Source of the DNA: Thermoanaerobaculia bacterium
GTDB lineage: Bacteria > Acidobacteriota > Thermoanaerobaculia > Multivoradales > UBA5704
Direction: 5' to 3'
DNA length: 16,953 nt
Assembly (NCBI GenBank): GCA_044226625.1
Contig: JBGAGQ010000096.1
Location: forward strand, 1-16,953
Position 1 is the stretch's first letter. Each line of letters opens with the position of its first letter. Position numbers and translations under genes: made by a program. This document shows, piece by piece, positions 14,365 to 16,953 of the stretch. A model generated the notes under the pieces. The model saw only the letters and a list, made by a program, of their open reading frames with translations, was not told the DNA's origin and did no database searches.

Positions 14365-16677
14365 CTAGGCCCCCGCGCCTTCCTCAGGTCCGAATAGGTC
14401 CTCCCAGAGAAGGTCGGCGATCCGGCCGTTCCGCTCCTTGAGCCGCACCCGTTCCTCTTTTACCTCGTCCTTGGCTGCGATGAACTCCTGGAAGCTCGCG
14501 TGGTAGAGGCGATACTGCTTCTGCCGCTCTCCCGACTCCGGATCTTCCGTTTCGGCCGCGTAGAGGAACTCCCGCCATTGGTCGAGTACGGACTGAACCC
14601 GCCGGGTGTCATCCACCCCGGCGAAGCGGGCGATCAGCCCGAGGGAAATCGGCTTTTCCACCACCGTGAGCGCTTCGAGCACCGGCAGCTTCCAGTCGAA
14701 CCAAGCCTGCTCGTCGCGCGACCGGATGCGCCGCCAGTGGTCCTCGTAGTAGCGCGCGAGCCCCCTCGGCAGCTGCTCGAAGCGAAGGTCCTGATAGGTC
14801 CCGGCCTCGATTTCCGGCAGCACGTGACGTAGGTACATGAAGTTGCCCTGGCTGCGCTCGACCATCGCTTCGACGAATCCCTCCGCCTGGAGGCCCTGCT
14901 CCCCGGCCCAGGCGAGGAGACCCGGGCTCAAACGGCGGCGGACCAGCTCGCGGACGTCGTCGAGGTTGGCGCGGTCGTCCTGCCGGATCTCGAAGGTCCG
15001 GGGCTCGAAATCCAGCAGCAGCGGCGCCCCGCCGGGTCGCGAGCTGAGGACCATGTGGACGCCGGGCGGCAGTCGGCGGGGAAGGAAGAGGAGGTTCGCG
15101 TCGGGGGCCGACGGGTCTCGGATCGCCTCGTCGAGGGCATCGACCACGACGGTCACCTTCTCCTGGGGGTCCAGGCGAGCGGAGATCTGGTCGAAAAGAT
15201 CGGCGAGGAAACGGCCGTTCGTGGTCGCCTCGGGAGGCAGCGAGGAGTAGTCCAACCGGTAGGCGGCGATCAATTGGGCAGAGACGTTGGCGAGGAAATC
15301 CGCCGCGCTCTGAAGGCCTTCGGCGCGGATGTTGAAGTGGTGGACCCAGCCGTGGCGCCGCACCAGCTCGGCCATCAAGGAGGACTTGCCGATACCGGGC
15401 TCTCCTTCGAGCAGGAAGACGCCGCGCGGAGTCTCGGCGAGGAAGCGGTCGATCTCGGAAAAGATCCATTCCCGGCCGACGAAGGTGTCCGCCTCGTCGA
15501 CGAGAAGTCGGCCGAAGCCGCGGATCTTCTGCCGGATCTGCGGCGACACCTCTCGGATCGAGGGCATCCACCGCTCGGTTTCGGCCTCCGTCGGGCAGGT
15601 CGCGAGGGGATTGGCGAACAGCGCGTAGGCAAGCCACGAGGCGTCGCCCGGAAAGCGATCTCGCACCTCGATCCGCGCGGCCCGCGCCGCTTCGGCCACC
15701 GCGGTGCCCGCGAACAGGGCGCCGTAGAACGCCCGCGAGAAACAGAGCGCGGCCTCGTCGCGGACCGCCCACGAGGTGCCTAGGAACGCGCCCGCTCCGA
15801 CGTGGAAGAAGTCGTGCGCCCAGCCACCGAGGCCGGTAAGGGAAAACCCCGAGCGCGCGGTCTGGCAAGCGTTCAGGAAGATCAACGGCCGCCGGGACCG
15901 GAGGTTCGCGCGGTCGTAAAGATCGTCCGGCCGCAGCTCCGTCCCGCCTTCGAGCTGGATCCAGGCGCGCTGCGGCTCGTTCGCCGGAGTCGCGGCGTGG
16001 CTGGCGAAATGCCAGCCGTCATGGACGCCCTGGCCCAGAGATTCCACCACCGCCGCGGGGCGGGCGCCGATCTCTTCGACGAGACGGCCGTCGCTCCGTT
16101 GCGCGAGTAGGAGCTCGCGCTCCGCCTCGGTGTGGGAGAGGTTCGAGTCGCGCGGCGAGACCAGGGCGATCCGTCGCAGGGGGAGACGCGTGGCGTCCGG
16201 CACGCCGCGGAGCCAACGGGCGAGTGCGAACTCCTCGCCGAAGAACTTCCCCGGCCGGCTCTCCTGGTCGCGAAACTTCAATAGCTCCCACGGGATCCAC
16301 GGCTCGTCGGAGAGGACTTGGAGGGTCTGCACGGTGTCGCGCAGCCGCTCGAATCGCCTTTGCAAGGGCTCGGGGAAGAGCTTTTCGAACAGCCGCGCTC
16401 CCTTCCCCGCCAACCGACGTTCGACGTCCTCCGGCGCGGCGTCGCGCGGCAGAGCGCGAAGGTCTTCGAACAGGGACTGGAAATAGGCCGCCGGCTGCCG
16501 GTCCAGCGCGATCGGTCCGAACTCCTCGAAATTACCTCCGGGTTGCTCTTCACGAAAAACCAACGTGTAGAAGAGCTGATGCCTCGTCTCGCTCGCCTCG
16601 TAACGGACGCGCAGGATGAGGTCGGGCAAGTTGGATCGAGGCGCGGCCGGACCAGAGGCCGGATCGGTTCCGATCAT
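14365..16677 (-). CDS. CHAT (caspase-like) protease fused to a STAND (NACHT/AAA_16-like) NTPase with helical and winged-helix domains, lacking a C-terminal sensor
   Basis: CHAT motifs: DEPWIPWELL, WHFASHA (His227, 15997-15999), IFLNACQT (Cys271, 15865-15867), GAGAFLGTSWAV and WLAYALF. STAND motifs: FVGREW, Walker A GEPGIGKSS (GxxGxGKS at 15382-15405), Walker B VVVDALDEA (15124-15150), SSRP, SQGNFMYL and winged-helix end YRLYHASFQEF. Confidence 0.93.
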   Translation of the reverse strand: MIGTDPASGPAAPRSNLPDLILRVRYEASETRHQLFYTLVFREEQPGGNFEEFGPIALDRQPAAYFQSLFEDLRALPRDAAPEDVERRLAGKGARLFEKLFPEPLQRRFERLRDTVQTLQVLSDEPWIPWELLKFRDQESRPGKFFGEEFALARWLRGVPDATRLPLRRIALVSPRDSNLSHTEAERELLLAQRSDGRLVEEIGARPAAVVESLGQGVHDGWHFASHAATPANEPQRAWIQLEGGTELRPDDLYDRANLRSRRPLIFLNACQTARSGFSLTGLGGWAHDFFHVGAGAFLGTSWAVRDEAALCFSRAFYGALFAGTAVAEAARAARIEVRDRFPGDASWLAYALFANPLATCPTEAETERWMPSIREVSPQIRQKIRGFGRLLVDEADTFVGREWIFSEIDRFLAETPRGVFLLEGEPGIGKSSLMAELVRRHGWVHHFNIRAEGLQSAADFLANVSAQLIAAYRLDYSSLPPEATTNGRFLADLFDQISARLDPQEKVTVVVDALDEAIRDPSAPDANLLFLPRRLPPGVHMVLSSRPGGAPLLLDFEPRTFEIRQDDRANLDDVRELVRRRLSPGLLAWAGEQGLQAEGFVEAMVERSQGNFMYLRHVLPEIEAGTYQDLRFEQLPRGLARYYEDHWRRIRSRDEQAWFDWKLPVLEALTVVEKPISLGLIARFAGVDDTRRVQSVLDQWREFLYAAETEDPESGERQKQYRLYHASFQEFIAAKDEVKEERVRLKERNGRIADLLWEDLFGPEEGAGA

Positions 16678-16746
16678 GGAGCGCGCTCCTAAGGGATCCG
16701 CCGACTTTAGCAGTTCCTGTGGCGCGCCGGCCTCGAAGCTCCTACC

Positions 16747-16953
16747 TCAGTATCCGAGCCCGGGGTCCGGCACCTTCAGGCCGAGGTGTCGTTCGCACAC
16801 CTCGTACGCGGGATCGGCGTGGAGCAGCGCCACGTTCTTCAAGATGCAGTAGCTCGCGATCAGCCGCTGGTAAGGGGGCGGAACCGGGGCGCCGCGCGCT
16901 TTCAAGATCCTCCCGTTCGTGGCGCTCGCGAGCGCCACCACGGTCCCGCCGAT
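16747..16953 (-). CDS. Partial (5'-truncated) PIN-domain/VapC-like protein, C-terminal half, with degenerate acidic motifs
   Basis: The frame is open to the window edge: IGGTVVALASATNGRILKARGAPVPPPYQRLIASYCILKNVALLHADPAYEVCERHLGLKV. This aligns by eye with the VapC pattern A..AA.NYR.LR..G.TVRKTID.LIAT.CI.....LLH.DRDF......LGL.V. Confidence 0.7.
   Translation of the reverse strand: MGGTVVALASATNGRILKARGAPVPPPYQRLIASYCILKNVALLHADPAYEVCERHLGLKVPDPGLGY

Noticed and set aside
15565-15567. Internal ATG (Met371) at the CHAT/STAND boundary as a second start
   Set aside because: There is no convincing RBS upstream, so it cannot be supported from sequence alone.
9889-16677. Reading the WD40 and STAND genes as pseudogene fragments of one broken NLR
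   Set aside because: All three ORFs are uninterrupted with intact motifs and plausible coupled starts. There are two separate helical+WD40 genes, and they lie on the opposite strand from the STAND.

Overview
GC-rich bacterial DNA, densely coding, with 13 CDSs (two cut by the window edges). I saw no RNA genes, CRISPR array or mobile element. The gene style suggests Acidobacteriota/Thermoanaerobaculia, but that is inference only. There are three blocks. (1) 1-3915 (+): an exported-protein operon with a PPC-like protein ending in LPVELDHFSID*, a DUF1573/Ig-domain protein whose last Ig domain seems to lack exactly that PVEL strand, and a Thr-type sulfatase-like enzyme with TPRs. (2) 3945-9892: a divergent cluster with a cholesterol-oxidase-like GMC flavoenzyme, two small membrane proteins and a Cys-nucleophile alpha/beta hydrolase on the minus strand, and a GMC-associated domain protein and a calcineurin-like metallophosphoesterase on the plus strand. 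(3) 9889-16953: two tandem APAF-1-helical + WD40 proteins with no NTPase, converging on a CHAT protease-STAND NTPase with no sensor domain, preceded by a degenerate PIN/VapC gene. The best candidates for undescribed systems are a split NLR/apoptosome-like system (one protease-NTPase, two free sensor modules) and a split-Ig 'PVEL' donor-strand docking tag. All family assignments come from motifs recognised by eye, not from database searches.
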